Translations under genes and position numbers: made by a program
Notes under the pieces: generated by a model
Seen by the model: only the letters and a program-made list of their open reading frames with translations
What the model was told of the DNA's origin: nothing
Databases searched by the model: none
Virus record (IMG/VR): IMGVR_UViG_3300045993_000757
Span: 11,110 to 75,109 of that record
Length of the DNA: 64,000 bases
Strand: one strand, 5' to 3'
DNA from: a virus
Shown: one piece after another, positions 18,801-28,345 of the stretch
Layout: each line of letters begins with the position of its first letter
Position numbering within the stretch: the stretch's first letter is position 1

Positions 18801-21472
18801 TTCCCATGGCGGGCCTGTTCACGAACGTACCCAACCTCCAGGTCAAGGGGAGCCCGGTGACCAACCTCCTCGACACGGGCTCTCAGATTCAGTGGACCGT
18901 CACGGGGAAGACGGCCACGCCCAGCATCCGCTCCGGGGCGCATCTGACCAACATGATCGCCCAGACCCCGCTCATTGAAACCTCCGTGAACAGGGCGGGC
19001 TTCGTCTCCACGCTCGGATCCTTCGGCGTCGAGAACACGTCGCTCCTCTTCGTCAACGGCATCACCGGAACGAACTCGGCGGCCTCCATGCAGGCGGTGG
19101 ATCTGGGCACGATCGTGACCAACGTGGGGCTGGCCTACGCGACCAACTACGTGCCCAAGACGGGCGGCACGTACACGGGCAGTCTGATCCTCTCCAACGC
19201 AGCCAACCTCACCCTCTCGAGCGGGAACCTCCTGGTGGGCGGCAACGCCACGGTGACGAGCAACCTCACGGTCACCCAGAGCATCACCCTGGGATCGACC
19301 CGGACGAGCTTCGATCAGTTGCAGACCGGCAACCTCATCCTCACGAACGTCCTCGCGACCGTCGATCCTACGAACTTCTGGGCGGGTGACCACACCTACC
19401 GGCCGGTGACGACCAACGCCATCCCCGGGCTCGTGCGTGATATCCTGAGCTTCCACCCCATGACGGTGGAGAGCCAGGTCGCGACGAACATCTTCGATCC
19501 CATCGCGGCCACGAACAACATCGGGTGGACACTCTACGGGCAGCAGGCTCTCGCCTTCGTCAAACCGGGGAGCCGGCTGACCCAGAACGAGCTCATCCAT
19601 CCCACCATGCAATCGACGGTCGATGCGGCCGGGTTCAACACGATCCTGACCACGGTGGGCGCGGCGAACACCTACATCCCGTTCTACCTGACTGCCGCTC
19701 CGGGGATCTCGGCGAACCCCCTGGAGGCCGTGGACCTTGCCAGCGTGGTCTCTGGGCTGGGACTGGCCTACGCGGGCGACTACCTCCCCCTCACGGGTGG
19801 CGAGTTGTCAGGCGACCTGACGGTGCGGAGCTCACTCTACGTGACCGGGGATACGCTCCTGAATGGGAGCCTGGATGTCCCCGACATCTCGACGTCGCTC
19901 ATTCACTTCAATGACGGAACCTCCTTGAGCAGCATGAACCAGGTGCAGGGAGGATCCTCGATCCTGACCAACATCCAGGGCACAGCCGACCCGTCCTGGT
20001 TCTGGGCGGGCAACCACGTCTATAAGGCGGTGACGACCAACATGGTCCCGGGCTTGGTCGGGGACGTGGCCAACCTTCAGACCTCGATCAACCGGCGACA
20101 GCTTGGAAGCCTCGTCCTGACGAACGTCTCCAACCTCACGGGGGGCACGTCCAACAACTTCTTCGCCGGGGACGGGGTGTTCAAGACGATCACCACGAAC
20201 ATGATCCCCGGTTTGGTGCAGGACATTCTCAATGCCGCGGCTTTACCGGTTGGAGGCGGAGGAACGTGGACGAGCGTCGGGGTGAATGGGGAGTACCGGA
20301 ACCAGTGGGATCTCGTGGATAGTCCCTCCATCGTGTGGGACAAGTCCGTCCCGCCACTCTTCGTCTACCAGACTCGCCCGATAATCAAACCGACTGGAGT
20401 GCTTCCGTTGCATCTCCATCCGACCACGGTCGCTTTGTTCGCGTTGGTTGATCATAATCACGTGGGTTTCAACGGAGAGCTCTGGCTCAGTGACTCGACC
20501 ATAACCAGGCCCTCATTTACGACGGTCATAGGAAAGTCTGCGAGTGCGTCCTCTCTATACGGGACAGCATTAGGCGCTTCAGTCACCGTGACGGGCACGG
20601 AAGGATCGAGCTTTGGGGCTGCTTCGGTAGTCACCGCAGCTCGAGGCACGGCGCTCGGGACGGCTGCATTGACGACCCACCCAGAAAGCACGTCTGTCGG
20701 GTATGCCGCCGTGACGACTGCCGCAAATCAGATACGGCTTGGAAGAGAATCAGAGACAGTTTCCATACCTGGACTCTTGCAGATCGCCGGCACCACGACC
20801 ATCGGATCCACGAACGTCGCCCTAGCCATTGCCGGGAAGGCGGACCTGGGCCACGACCACCCGGCGTCGGCCATTGTTTCGGGAGTGATGGATCCCGCTC
20901 GGCTGGCATCCTCGGGCACTCCAAGCGGATCCACATTTCTGCGCGGAGACCAGACGTGGTCGGTCCCATCTGGGAGTCCGTCCTTCGTGGCTTCAGGTGT
21001 AAGCGTTGGGGTAAACATCACTGGTTCTTTGCTCCTAGGAGTGCGTTCTGGAGAGACGCTCACGTTTGCAGCCAACACGCTCGCGAATAAACTGATCCAC
21101 GTTCAGGCGATGGGCACGTGGAGTACAGCGACGTCGAATTGGTCGGGTAACGAGATGAAGATCGTTATAGGGGGCTTCTCGTATAAGTACACTACCGTCG
21201 AGACCGGATCCGAGGAGTTCACCAATGAGAACTGGAAGTTCGACGTTTTCATACCGGCAAGCCAAGTGTCCTCAACGTGGGGCACGTTCGACAGGAGAAC
21301 CGACAGGCCTAACGGAAGCGTACTCGGGTTCAAGACGTGGGTATCCGAGTCAGCTGCGGGGACGGGGAGCATCACGCTTACCAACCCAAACACTTTCGAT
21401 TTGTATTTCACCAACGGGGCCCAGTCGATGAACGACGTAACCTGTACCCGAGTGGTAGTCACCATCCTCTGA
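15884..21472 (+). CDS. Long Thr/Asn-rich tail fibre-like protein with N-terminal signal peptide
   Basis: MKTIPLLALLLITAISAMGQ; 3x TFLRGD(G/Q).W fibre motif; 6x F(W/F)AG(D/N)..Y..(V/I)TTN.IPGL repeats; YadA-head-like repeats near C-terminus. Confidence 0.7.
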   Translation: MKTIPLLALLLITAISAMGQGAARVVPTLARLLQINPYAVATGDVLAYEVISPTTSTSWGAPRVAFWTPAATLAPNGTNVFPSPFGGRWVFMDKDDPIQNASWYGFPNLYAIDSHGNLTLGNTNVAGKLSSLDAAVQNRAFLVHFHDAADVNSGRFTANRLGNGTPTTNTFLRGDGEWAIITTNGTSIGAGGSSMTVKSVTVTNLTDSPALGWSIVGQEASPYILSGAHITNAFLPGATVGSSLTALDLGTDTGPFGLLYEMMGRSVISGRVIAMDAPKARTVLDAAWAKHTHTSFQNLTILDQLWIQSLNVLTKFSEVDVSLTQRQGASPYLTNVVQDTQTNFFFAGDNHDYRAVTTNAIPGLIGDLANLGAHRVFVKGLATTNFDDIDLTVVSGIRGYTNGIGWRVVNGTATPFIKSNAVLHNPQFAIINSPTTVKQLMQLGGVTNLHVPYFSSTPPIGSASDTNTIQMRSTDFGTIITNANLAYITNVVLRTGSDMTGDLNLLGGANLSVGGNTTNHATVVLGNLTVSGTTTLSNNLSAPSITLGGATRTSFDQLQTGDVILTNILANASGSNFWAGDHTYKAITTNMIQGLVGDIAAAGTYRVAVKGTVITNIDDVGAGATASVGWVITNGTATARVKAGAIIRTPRLAINDYPAGAQSLLLSGGVTNLGIAYFTSRGSVTPDDDNPLTIRATDLGTIITNAGLAYGVNYLPIIGGTLTGPLTVPSVTVQDSATVNGDLLVTGGAGLLHIYAGSIQFTDTSLVTSWNQVQGGSVILTNIQANAATNAFWAGDHVYRVVTTNMIPGLNAMFGRDIDGSNVVSGYVPVARLGSGSPTTNTFLRGDGSWAALTTNGSVTAGTTNAIWVKGNYVTNFLDGPNVSFAISGQQAFPYIPIGASVTNLNSVGTLTSAAITASGDITAASSTLSANSVQANSLLTKASIHSVNDTASPYLAFFDNDPTSLQRTLYAVPMAGLFTNVPNLQVKGSPVTNLLDTGSQIQWTVTGKTATPSIRSGAHLTNMIAQTPLIETSVNRAGFVSTLGSFGVENTSLLFVNGITGTNSAASMQAVDLGTIVTNVGLAYATNYVPKTGGTYTGSLILSNAANLTLSSGNLLVGGNATVTSNLTVTQSITLGSTRTSFDQLQTGNLILTNVLATVDPTNFWAGDHTYRPVTTNAIPGLVRDILSFHPMTVESQVATNIFDPIAATNNIGWTLYGQQALAFVKPGSRLTQNELIHPTMQSTVDAAGFNTILTTVGAANTYIPFYLTAAPGISANPLEAVDLASVVSGLGLAYAGDYLPLTGGELSGDLTVRSSLYVTGDTLLNGSLDVPDISTSLIHFNDGTSLSSMNQVQGGSSILTNIQGTADPSWFWAGNHVYKAVTTNMVPGLVGDVANLQTSINRRQLGSLVLTNVSNLTGGTSNNFFAGDGVFKTITTNMIPGLVQDILNAAALPVGGGGTWTSVGVNGEYRNQWDLVDSPSIVWDKSVPPLFVYQTRPIIKPTGVLPLHLHPTTVALFALVDHNHVGFNGELWLSDSTITRPSFTTVIGKSASASSLYGTALGASVTVTGTEGSSFGAASVVTAARGTALGTAALTTHPESTSVGYAAVTTAANQIRLGRESETVSIPGLLQIAGTTTIGSTNVALAIAGKADLGHDHPASAIVSGVMDPARLASSGTPSGSTFLRGDQTWSVPSGSPSFVASGVSVGVNITGSLLLGVRSGETLTFAANTLANKLIHVQAMGTWSTATSNWSGNEMKIVIGGFSYKYTTVETGSEEFTNENWKFDVFIPASQVSSTWGTFDRRTDRPNGSVLGFKTWVSESAAGTGSITLTNPNTFDLYFTNGAQSMNDVTCTRVVVTIL

Positions 21473-21476
21473 ACTC

Positions 21477-24400
21477 ATGAAGACGATCACCATCATAATC
21501 CTGTCCCTGATTGGGATAGTCGGGAACGCAGCGCAGCGATTCACCCCCCTCGTCACCGCCGACAATGTCGGATCCCTGACGATCACAGTCCCCGTCACGG
21601 GACAATCCGTCGTCGTGCTGGGGCAGACCAATCCATTCGACGCGCCCCTGAGGATCGCCAAGAACTACCCAGCGGGCGTCTTCGTAGTCGATGGCGTCAC
21701 GAACCTGACCGCGATCGGAGACAGCGTGTGGCACCTCGTGCCGTTCAGCCTGATCAGCAACCCGAACCTTCTGGCCATCTACAGCCTGACCGGAGGGACC
21801 GCCTCGAACTTCTTCCGGGGTGACGGGGCGTTCCAGCAGGTCGGGACCAATGACATCCCCGGCCTCGCTCGGGACCTGGGCAACATCACGGCCTCCATCG
21901 GATCCTTCCAGCCCGTCTCAGGAGTCCTTTCCAACGCCGCGGCAGGAGGCTCACCCACGAACTTCTTCGCCGGGGACGGGGTCTACAAGCCGATCTCGAC
22001 CAACTACATCGCGGGGCTCGTCTTGGACATGGGCAACCTCGCGCAGGCGATCCTGGCCCGCCAGCCGGCCTCGGTGGCGCTGTCGAACCTGACGGCCAAC
22101 CCCAGCCTCTACCAGAGCACCAACGTATTCCTGACGGGGATCAGTGCGGGTGGGGCCTCCACCAACTTCCTCGCCGGGGATGGGGCCTACAAGGCGCTCT
22201 CGACGAACTACGTCCAGGGCTTGGTGGGAGACGTGGCGAATCTCAACTCCGCGCTGTCCACACGTCAGGCTGGCTCCGTGGCTCTCTCGAATCTCACGGC
22301 GAATCCAAACCTGTACCAGGCCAGCAACTCAGCACTGACCACAGTGGTAGCTGGCGGCACTTCCTCGAATTTCTTCCGCGGCGACAAGGTCTACGCCCAG
22401 GTCACCACCAACGACATACCCGGGCATACGGCTAACATGGCCAACCTCCAGACGTCGATCAGTGGTCGTCAGGCCGGGTCCACTGTCCTGACCAACGTGG
22501 CCGCCCTCACCAGCGGAACCTCGTCCAACTTCCTGCGGGGCGATGGCGCATTCGCTCAGGTCACCACCAATAACCTTCCGGGCCACAACGCGGACATGGC
22601 CAACCTTCAGGTCGCCATCAATGCCCGGCAGGCCGGATCCACCGTCCTGACCAACGTCGCGGCTCTGACCAGTGGCACATCCTCGAACTTCCTGGCCGGG
22701 GATGGGACCTTCAAACAGGTCGTCACCAATGCGATCCCTGGCCTCGCCGGAGACCTTTCCAACATCAACGTGGTGGTCTCTCTCAAGCAGATCGGCTCCG
22801 CAGCCCTGTCCAATCTCACGGCCAATCCGAATCTGTACCAGTCGAGCAACTCCACCCTGACGACTGTCGTCGCTGGGGGAACGAGCTCGAACTTCTTCCG
22901 TGGAGACAAGACCTACGCGCAGGTCACGACCAACGACATCCCGGGGCACAACGCTGACATGGCAAGCCTCAACTCCTCGCTCGCCCTGACGCAGCTTGGA
23001 TCCGCGGCGCTCTCGAACCTCACGGCGAACCCCAACCTATACCAGGCGAGCAACTCCGCACTGACCGACCTATCGATTGGCAACGGTTCCTCGCTAACGA
23101 ACATCGGCAACGCCGGCACGAACTACGTGCTGAAGACAGGCGGCACGATGACGGGAACGCTGATTGCCACGGCGGTCAAGACAGCGGACCTCTTAGGGGG
23201 AACTTCGGTGAGCGGTGGAACGAACGTCCTGGAAGTAATGAATGGCACCGCTACGAACCACAACTCGATTGCGATTGGAGTGAATTCTAGCACGGGTGCG
23301 TACACGAATACGATGGCTATAATGGGAGCACAGCCAAACGGGAATAACAGTTTCTGGGTTGGTGGCACAACAACCTACACCACCCTTTTATCGGGGCCTG
23401 TCTATATGGCTGGAAGTTCCACTTTGATTTCTGCCGGTGCGATAAAGTTGGACGGTGGAACTCCTGGCAGCGGCGCGAGTCGATCATTTGCATGGCGTGG
23501 ACGGGCTACCAATAACGACGCCGCAGCCTTCGGCCAACTTGCCAGCACCGAGACATGGACCAACGCCGTCGCCCTTGGGAGTGAGAGCACGAACACGGCG
23601 AACAACCAGATCATGCTGGGATCGACCTATGACACGGTAGTCGCTCCGAATCTTCTTTCGGTGGGCACGATCTCAGGAAGCGGCGCGGGCCTCACGAACG
23701 TGGCGATGCGAGGGCTAGGGCAGCCCGAGGCAAGCGGGGTATCGTTCACTTCGGGAACTCGAGTTTCAGGAGCAGCACAATCGATTGGCACGAATGCCTG
23801 GTCGGTATGGTCCAGGATAAAAGTTCCCATTTCAATTTGGTCAGGAACGCCAGAAAAGATTATTTGGAAGGCCAGCCAAGATGGCGTGGTATTCGGAACC
23901 AACAGCCTGATGGTAGAGTTCCGAGCCGGCGATCTGCGTATTTACAAGCACAGTTCATCCGCTGGAGGAAATTACAGATTGGCCACGTGGACTGGTCTCC
24001 GAACTCAATACGACAACCAGATCATAGACCTTGTAATAGTTAAGGGTTCCTATACGAATCCTCCATCGCTGTACGTAAATGGAACTAACATAGCTTTCTC
24101 AACAGAGTCATCGACTGGTACGGCATCCGTTACTAACTGGGCAGAGCATGTGGCATGGGAGGGTTTCTCGGTGGGAGGAGGAGACCCCGCGTTGAGCGGT
24201 GGAACATATAACGGCACAATCTACAGAACGGCAGTATTCAACAGAGCACTATCCCAAGACGACGTTACTTCTTTGGTCAACAATGGAATAGCACCCGAGG
24301 ATCAGTGGGGAAATTCTGACGCACCGATAATATCCCCAAATCCATCCAGGCTGAATGGCGGGTTCGAGACAAATAGTCTTAATTCCAGTGGAACCTGGGC

Positions 24401-25904
24401 TGCGGGTGGATCCACGGGAGGAGAATCAATATCTATAGATACGAGCGGGACCAACTCATACAGCGGATCAAACGCTGCCCAGTTCGTTTTCACCTCATCC
24501 CAAGGCTCTTGGATCGCAGCGGATAATGCGTCCACAAATATATCCTTGGTTGGAAAAAGAAATCGAGCGTCCTATTGGATTAAACAATCTCAATCGTCCA
24601 CAAATACGGCAGCCATATTCAAGCTGACCACCGCCGGGACAGCAACGCAGAGAGCGGTGTCAGGCGTCGTTACGACTAATTGGACACAGGTCTCAGCGGA
24701 GTATGTATCTGTCACAGCTGCCGTGTCCGAGGCTGTCTTCATAAGTTCTATGTCCGGTTCCCAAAATGGCACTTTCTTTGTGGATGATGTCGAGATTGTC
24801 CGCATCGGAGCCATCCTCGATCTAGACTTCACGGGCGGATACGGAACCACAGTTCCGGACCGATCGAGCAACCTGCTCATCGCGACAAATTACGGCGGGG
24901 TGAGCTACACGCTGCCAACGAGAGCTGTGTACCTCCCAACGGTAGTATCGGCTTCCGGAAGCATTACAGTATCTTCCAATGTGGCTGCGGCGACGGCAAC
25001 CCTCGGATCGCTTACCCTCACGAACGCTGCGACAGGGAGCGGAACTTTCCCACAAATCTGGTACTACACAAACTCCCAGACCGCCACGTGGACGAATCCG
25101 CCCGGCGCTCGACTCATCGAGGTTTTCGCTTGGGGTTCGGGTGGTGGAGGAGGTTCTGGACGGCGCGGACTCACGAACACGATTCGCACGGGTGGCGCGG
25201 GTGGCGCGAGCGGAAATTACTCCTACGCTTTCTTCCTTCCTGCGGACCTAACGTCAACGGTCGGGGTTACCAACGGAGCGCACGGCGTGGGGGGTGCCGC
25301 TCAATCGACGGCGAGTTCAAACGGAAGTGCTGGTACTGCTGGCGGAATCACTTCATTCGGGAATTACTGCGCGGCATCGGGTGGTGGTGGTGGTGCGGCG
25401 GGAAACACCACAACAACGGCTGGTGGAGCTGCTAGTACGGTGTTCCTACTAACCATCGGAGGTACTGGCGGCGACGCATCGGCAACGGGAGGAAACGGAA
25501 GCGCTGCCTCGTACCAAGGGCTTGTCCATCATTTGTTCGCTCAGGGCGGTGGAGGAGGTGGCGGAAACAGTGTCGCGAATGTGATCGGTAACGGAGGAAA
25601 CGGCGGAACCGGTGCGCGAATCAACATCCCGTCCGCGTTGAATGGTGTCGGCGGAACATCGGCGGGTCAGGCCGGTACTGCTGGCGCGAGTTCTGGCAAC
25701 AATTCCACATTTGCTGGTGGCAGCGGAGGCGGTGGAGCTGGTGGCGGGAATTCTGCGGCGGGTGGAGACGGTGGAAACGGAGGCTCTCACGGAGCGGGTG
25801 GTGGAGGAGGAGGAGCAGGTACGGATGCAACTGGTGTGACCGGAGGTGCATCAGGCAAGGGAGGAGACGGAGCAGACGGACTGTTAATCATCATCGCAAG
25901 GTAA
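21477..25904 (+). CDS. Repeat-rich fibre/adhesin with signal peptide, LamG-like and CBM-like domains, Gly-rich C-terminal domain
   Basis: MKTITIIILSLIGIVGNAAQ; 7 repeats NF(F/L)(R/A)GD....V.TN.IPG; GTIYRTAVFNRALS (LamG); LNGGFET..W..FVDDVEI (CBM-like); WTNPPGARLIEVFAWGSGGGGG Gly-rich domain. Confidence 0.7.
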   Translation: MKTITIIILSLIGIVGNAAQRFTPLVTADNVGSLTITVPVTGQSVVVLGQTNPFDAPLRIAKNYPAGVFVVDGVTNLTAIGDSVWHLVPFSLISNPNLLAIYSLTGGTASNFFRGDGAFQQVGTNDIPGLARDLGNITASIGSFQPVSGVLSNAAAGGSPTNFFAGDGVYKPISTNYIAGLVLDMGNLAQAILARQPASVALSNLTANPSLYQSTNVFLTGISAGGASTNFLAGDGAYKALSTNYVQGLVGDVANLNSALSTRQAGSVALSNLTANPNLYQASNSALTTVVAGGTSSNFFRGDKVYAQVTTNDIPGHTANMANLQTSISGRQAGSTVLTNVAALTSGTSSNFLRGDGAFAQVTTNNLPGHNADMANLQVAINARQAGSTVLTNVAALTSGTSSNFLAGDGTFKQVVTNAIPGLAGDLSNINVVVSLKQIGSAALSNLTANPNLYQSSNSTLTTVVAGGTSSNFFRGDKTYAQVTTNDIPGHNADMASLNSSLALTQLGSAALSNLTANPNLYQASNSALTDLSIGNGSSLTNIGNAGTNYVLKTGGTMTGTLIATAVKTADLLGGTSVSGGTNVLEVMNGTATNHNSIAIGVNSSTGAYTNTMAIMGAQPNGNNSFWVGGTTTYTTLLSGPVYMAGSSTLISAGAIKLDGGTPGSGASRSFAWRGRATNNDAAAFGQLASTETWTNAVALGSESTNTANNQIMLGSTYDTVVAPNLLSVGTISGSGAGLTNVAMRGLGQPEASGVSFTSGTRVSGAAQSIGTNAWSVWSRIKVPISIWSGTPEKIIWKASQDGVVFGTNSLMVEFRAGDLRIYKHSSSAGGNYRLATWTGLRTQYDNQIIDLVIVKGSYTNPPSLYVNGTNIAFSTESSTGTASVTNWAEHVAWEGFSVGGGDPALSGGTYNGTIYRTAVFNRALSQDDVTSLVNNGIAPEDQWGNSDAPIISPNPSRLNGGFETNSLNSSGTWAAGGSTGGESISIDTSGTNSYSGSNAAQFVFTSSQGSWIAADNASTNISLVGKRNRASYWIKQSQSSTNTAAIFKLTTAGTATQRAVSGVVTTNWTQVSAEYVSVTAAVSEAVFISSMSGSQNGTFFVDDVEIVRIGAILDLDFTGGYGTTVPDRSSNLLIATNYGGVSYTLPTRAVYLPTVVSASGSITVSSNVAAATATLGSLTLTNAATGSGTFPQIWYYTNSQTATWTNPPGARLIEVFAWGSGGGGGSGRRGLTNTIRTGGAGGASGNYSYAFFLPADLTSTVGVTNGAHGVGGAAQSTASSNGSAGTAGGITSFGNYCAASGGGGGAAGNTTTTAGGAASTVFLLTIGGTGGDASATGGNGSAASYQGLVHHLFAQGGGGGGGNSVANVIGNGGNGGTGARINIPSALNGVGGTSAGQAGTAGASSGNNSTFAGGSGGGGAGGGNSAAGGDGGNGGSHGAGGGGGGAGTDATGVTGGASGKGGDGADGLLIIIAR
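21805..23060 (+). repeat. Tandem coding repeats in second fibre gene
   Basis: Seven copies of the NFxxGD..TN.IPG module alternating with RQxGS..L(S/T)N modules. Confidence 0.85.
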
Positions 25905-25909
25905 AAATT

Positions 25910-26371
25910 ATGCCAATCCAAGCACTCTCACTATACACGGACAAGCAACTCATCGGGCTCTCGACGGACCAACTCGCCGAGTCGATCCGACTTCAGGCTG
26001 CTCTCCAAGGGATTCAACCTCCTACGGAGGTATTTGTCATCGACCCCCATCCGGTTGGCTACTTGCTTAAGGGCGAGGCAACCAGGGCCGCGGTTAACAT
26101 CCTGGGCATCACCCAGGAATACAATGGCGACCTCACGGCAGATGGCCCCGTTGCCACCGTGACCAGTCGGTTTCTGAGGCCCGCAGATCCGGATGCGTTC
26201 AACGCGATTCGTGACGCCGGCCTCGCCCGGTTCGCCGAGGCGCAGATCAGCGTTCCAGCGGGTAACAAGCTCATCGTGAAGCGTGATGCCTACCTTGCGC
26301 TGGCGGGCGGGGATGTTGCCAAGGCTCAGGCGTTCTGGGCGCTGGGAGAGTCGAAACCTTGGCCCCCCTGA
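25910..26371 (+). CDS. Hypothetical protein (possible fibre chaperone)
   Basis: 153 aa directly after fibre; C-terminal PWPP. Confidence 0.55.
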   Translation: MPIQALSLYTDKQLIGLSTDQLAESIRLQAALQGIQPPTEVFVIDPHPVGYLLKGEATRAAVNILGITQEYNGDLTADGPVATVTSRFLRPADPDAFNAIRDAGLARFAEAQISVPAGNKLIVKRDAYLALAGGDVAKAQAFWALGESKPWPP

Positions 26372-26373
26372 CG

Positions 26374-26676
26374 ATGAAAACTCTCGCCCTCCTCTCCACG
26401 CTCCTCTCCATAGGCTGCACCTCGGTGACCAAGAGCATCGTCACGGAGATCCACTGGACGGATGGGAAGCGGACGTTCAGCTACACGTCCCCGAAGGACA
26501 CCACGGTCTCGAGGGTTCATTTCGACACGGTCACGGGGGTGTTCATTTTGAGCAATCTCTCCACTCAGGTGGACCAGGGGATCGTTCAGGCGGCAGCCAC
26601 GGCTCGGGCAAATGATTCTCTGGTACTCCTTGAGGCCTTGAAGCTTGCGGCAGAGGCTGCTCGAAAAGCACCATGA
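26374..26676 (+). CDS. Lipoprotein (o-spanin-like candidate)
   Basis: MKTLALLSTLLSIG-C lipobox. Confidence 0.6.
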   Translation: MKTLALLSTLLSIGCTSVTKSIVTEIHWTDGKRTFSYTSPKDTTVSRVHFDTVTGVFILSNLSTQVDQGIVQAAATARANDSLVLLEALKLAAEAARKAP

Positions 26677-27218
26677 GTATTTCTACGATATTCGCCGACA
26701 TCGCTAATACACCCATCCTGCACGATCCTGTGGAAATGGGTGCATGGACTGCGATGATCGGATTGTTCGCCACCCTGGGGAAGATGGCGCTGACGAAGAT
26801 CGACAGGATGATCGTCCTGGTGATCAAGACGCAGGAGAAGCAGGTCCAGGATCAGAAGGAGGCCGCGAACGGACTGGTTGTCCGGCATGCCGAGCAACTC
26901 GAGCAGCTGTCGAAGGCCCACCGGGATCAGACCGAGAGGATCGCCAAGGAGCATGCGGCCGGCATCGAGCGCATGGCCGAGGCGCACGCGAGCCAGGTGG
27001 AGGTCCTCACGGGCGTGACGATCGAGAACAAGACTGCCATGACCGCCCTCCTTGTGCAGATCGACAGGTACACCCGGGAGATGCGGGAGATGCGGGGCGT
27101 CATGACTGACGTGCGTGACGTCATCGCACTCTGCCCCGGGGGCAGCGAGGCGATTTCCCGCCGGGATCGACGAGACGCTCGGAACCATGAAAAGTCACCT
27201 GAGAAAGAACCTCTATGA
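26673..27218 (+). CDS. Single-TM coiled-coil membrane protein (holin/spanin-like)
   Basis: N-terminal hydrophobic helix then long coiled coil; ATGA overlaps at both ends. Confidence 0.55.
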   Translation: MSISTIFADIANTPILHDPVEMGAWTAMIGLFATLGKMALTKIDRMIVLVIKTQEKQVQDQKEAANGLVVRHAEQLEQLSKAHRDQTERIAKEHAAGIERMAEAHASQVEVLTGVTIENKTAMTALLVQIDRYTREMREMRGVMTDVRDVIALCPGGSEAISRRDRRDARNHEKSPEKEPL

Positions 27219-28342
27219 GCTGCGATAACCCTGGTCCCCTGAAGATCCCCGGAACCGTCGTCGTCTCGGAGTGCAATCAGGAGACGACAGCGGAATGCTC
27301 TGCGTCAGCAGAGTCCTGCCGAAATCCGCTTTACGCCTTCGATCATCCCACGGAATGCGGATGGCTTGGGATCTCCCGCATCGAACTCGTTCCTCCGAAT
27401 CAGACGGTCATCAAAGGCCGTGCGGGGGTGGTCACGGTCAACGTGAAGTTTTCAGACGGCCGGGTGGCAAACGTGACCGACGAGTCCACCATCGGATCCA
27501 GCCAGCAGACGGTGGCACGCTACGCCGGGGGAGGCCTGGTGGAAGGGGTTAGCGCGGGAACGTCAGCCTTGGTGGCAAGCTGGAAGGGGCGGACGGCCAC
27601 GGGTCAGATCAAGGTGGTTGAGGCTGCCTGCGTGGACACCAGGCCCATCGACCTGGTTCTCGTCATGGATGACCTGGCTGTTCTCCTGGGGCAGCAGATC
27701 CGGTTGATCACCGGGGAAATCGTCCAGGTTCCGTTCAAGCGGATCCCATCCAGCGAGAACGATCTTCCGTGGGGGGCTTGGGCCTTCCTGGAGTCGATGG
27801 ACCTGATCGACGTGTCGATCCCCAACGGAAACCGGACAGGGAATGACCGCCTCTGGGACGGCTTCCAGTGGGTGAACACCTTCACCAAGAGCGCCATGAT
27901 TGGGGCCATCGCGCAGCAGCCTTCAGGATTCACGGGGTACTCGGGCGCTGATGCCGCTTCCCGAATCCTCGCCGCTACGTCCATCGTGCTCACCGGCCGG
28001 CCCACCGCCCGAAAAGCCATTCTGCTGGTCTCCACCGGGTCTGATGGAGCGGACGCTTTCGCCTGTACCCAGACGGGTGGGATCCTGGGAGCCGCGGCAG
28101 TTGCTCGAGCAAATGGCGTGGAGCTTTTCGTCGTCACCCCGCTATCGCCTTCGGACGAAGCCTACAGCTTCTGCAATTTCCCCATGAAGTCCTACGATGT
28201 CTTAGCCCAGGCGGCGACGACGGACTGCCACTTCTTCCCCGCGGGCGGCGGTGGATCACCCAGGAGCGTGGGTGAGATGCTCCTGGATTCCTGCACGGGG
28301 CTTTGCTCGTCCGGATCGGGAGTCGGCCTTTACTTGCTCTGA
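27215..28342 (+). CDS. Cys-rich virion protein with Ig-like (Big_2) and vWA-like domains
   Basis: VKFSDG...VT......SS...VA....GLVEGVSAGT (Big_2); IDLVLVMD, RPTARKAILLVSTG, ARANGVELFVV (vWA-like). Confidence 0.65.
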   Translation: MSCDNPGPLKIPGTVVVSECNQETTAECSASAESCRNPLYAFDHPTECGWLGISRIELVPPNQTVIKGRAGVVTVNVKFSDGRVANVTDESTIGSSQQTVARYAGGGLVEGVSAGTSALVASWKGRTATGQIKVVEAACVDTRPIDLVLVMDDLAVLLGQQIRLITGEIVQVPFKRIPSSENDLPWGAWAFLESMDLIDVSIPNGNRTGNDRLWDGFQWVNTFTKSAMIGAIAQQPSGFTGYSGADAASRILAATSIVLTGRPTARKAILLVSTGSDGADAFACTQTGGILGAAAVARANGVELFVVTPLSPSDEAYSFCNFPMKSYDVLAQAATTDCHFFPAGGGGSPRSVGEMLLDSCTGLCSSGSGVGLYLL

Positions 28343-28345
28343 AGA

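Noticed and set aside
15884-25904. Diversity-generating retroelement acting on fibres
   Set aside because: No reverse transcriptase and no adenine-specific TR/VR pair seen
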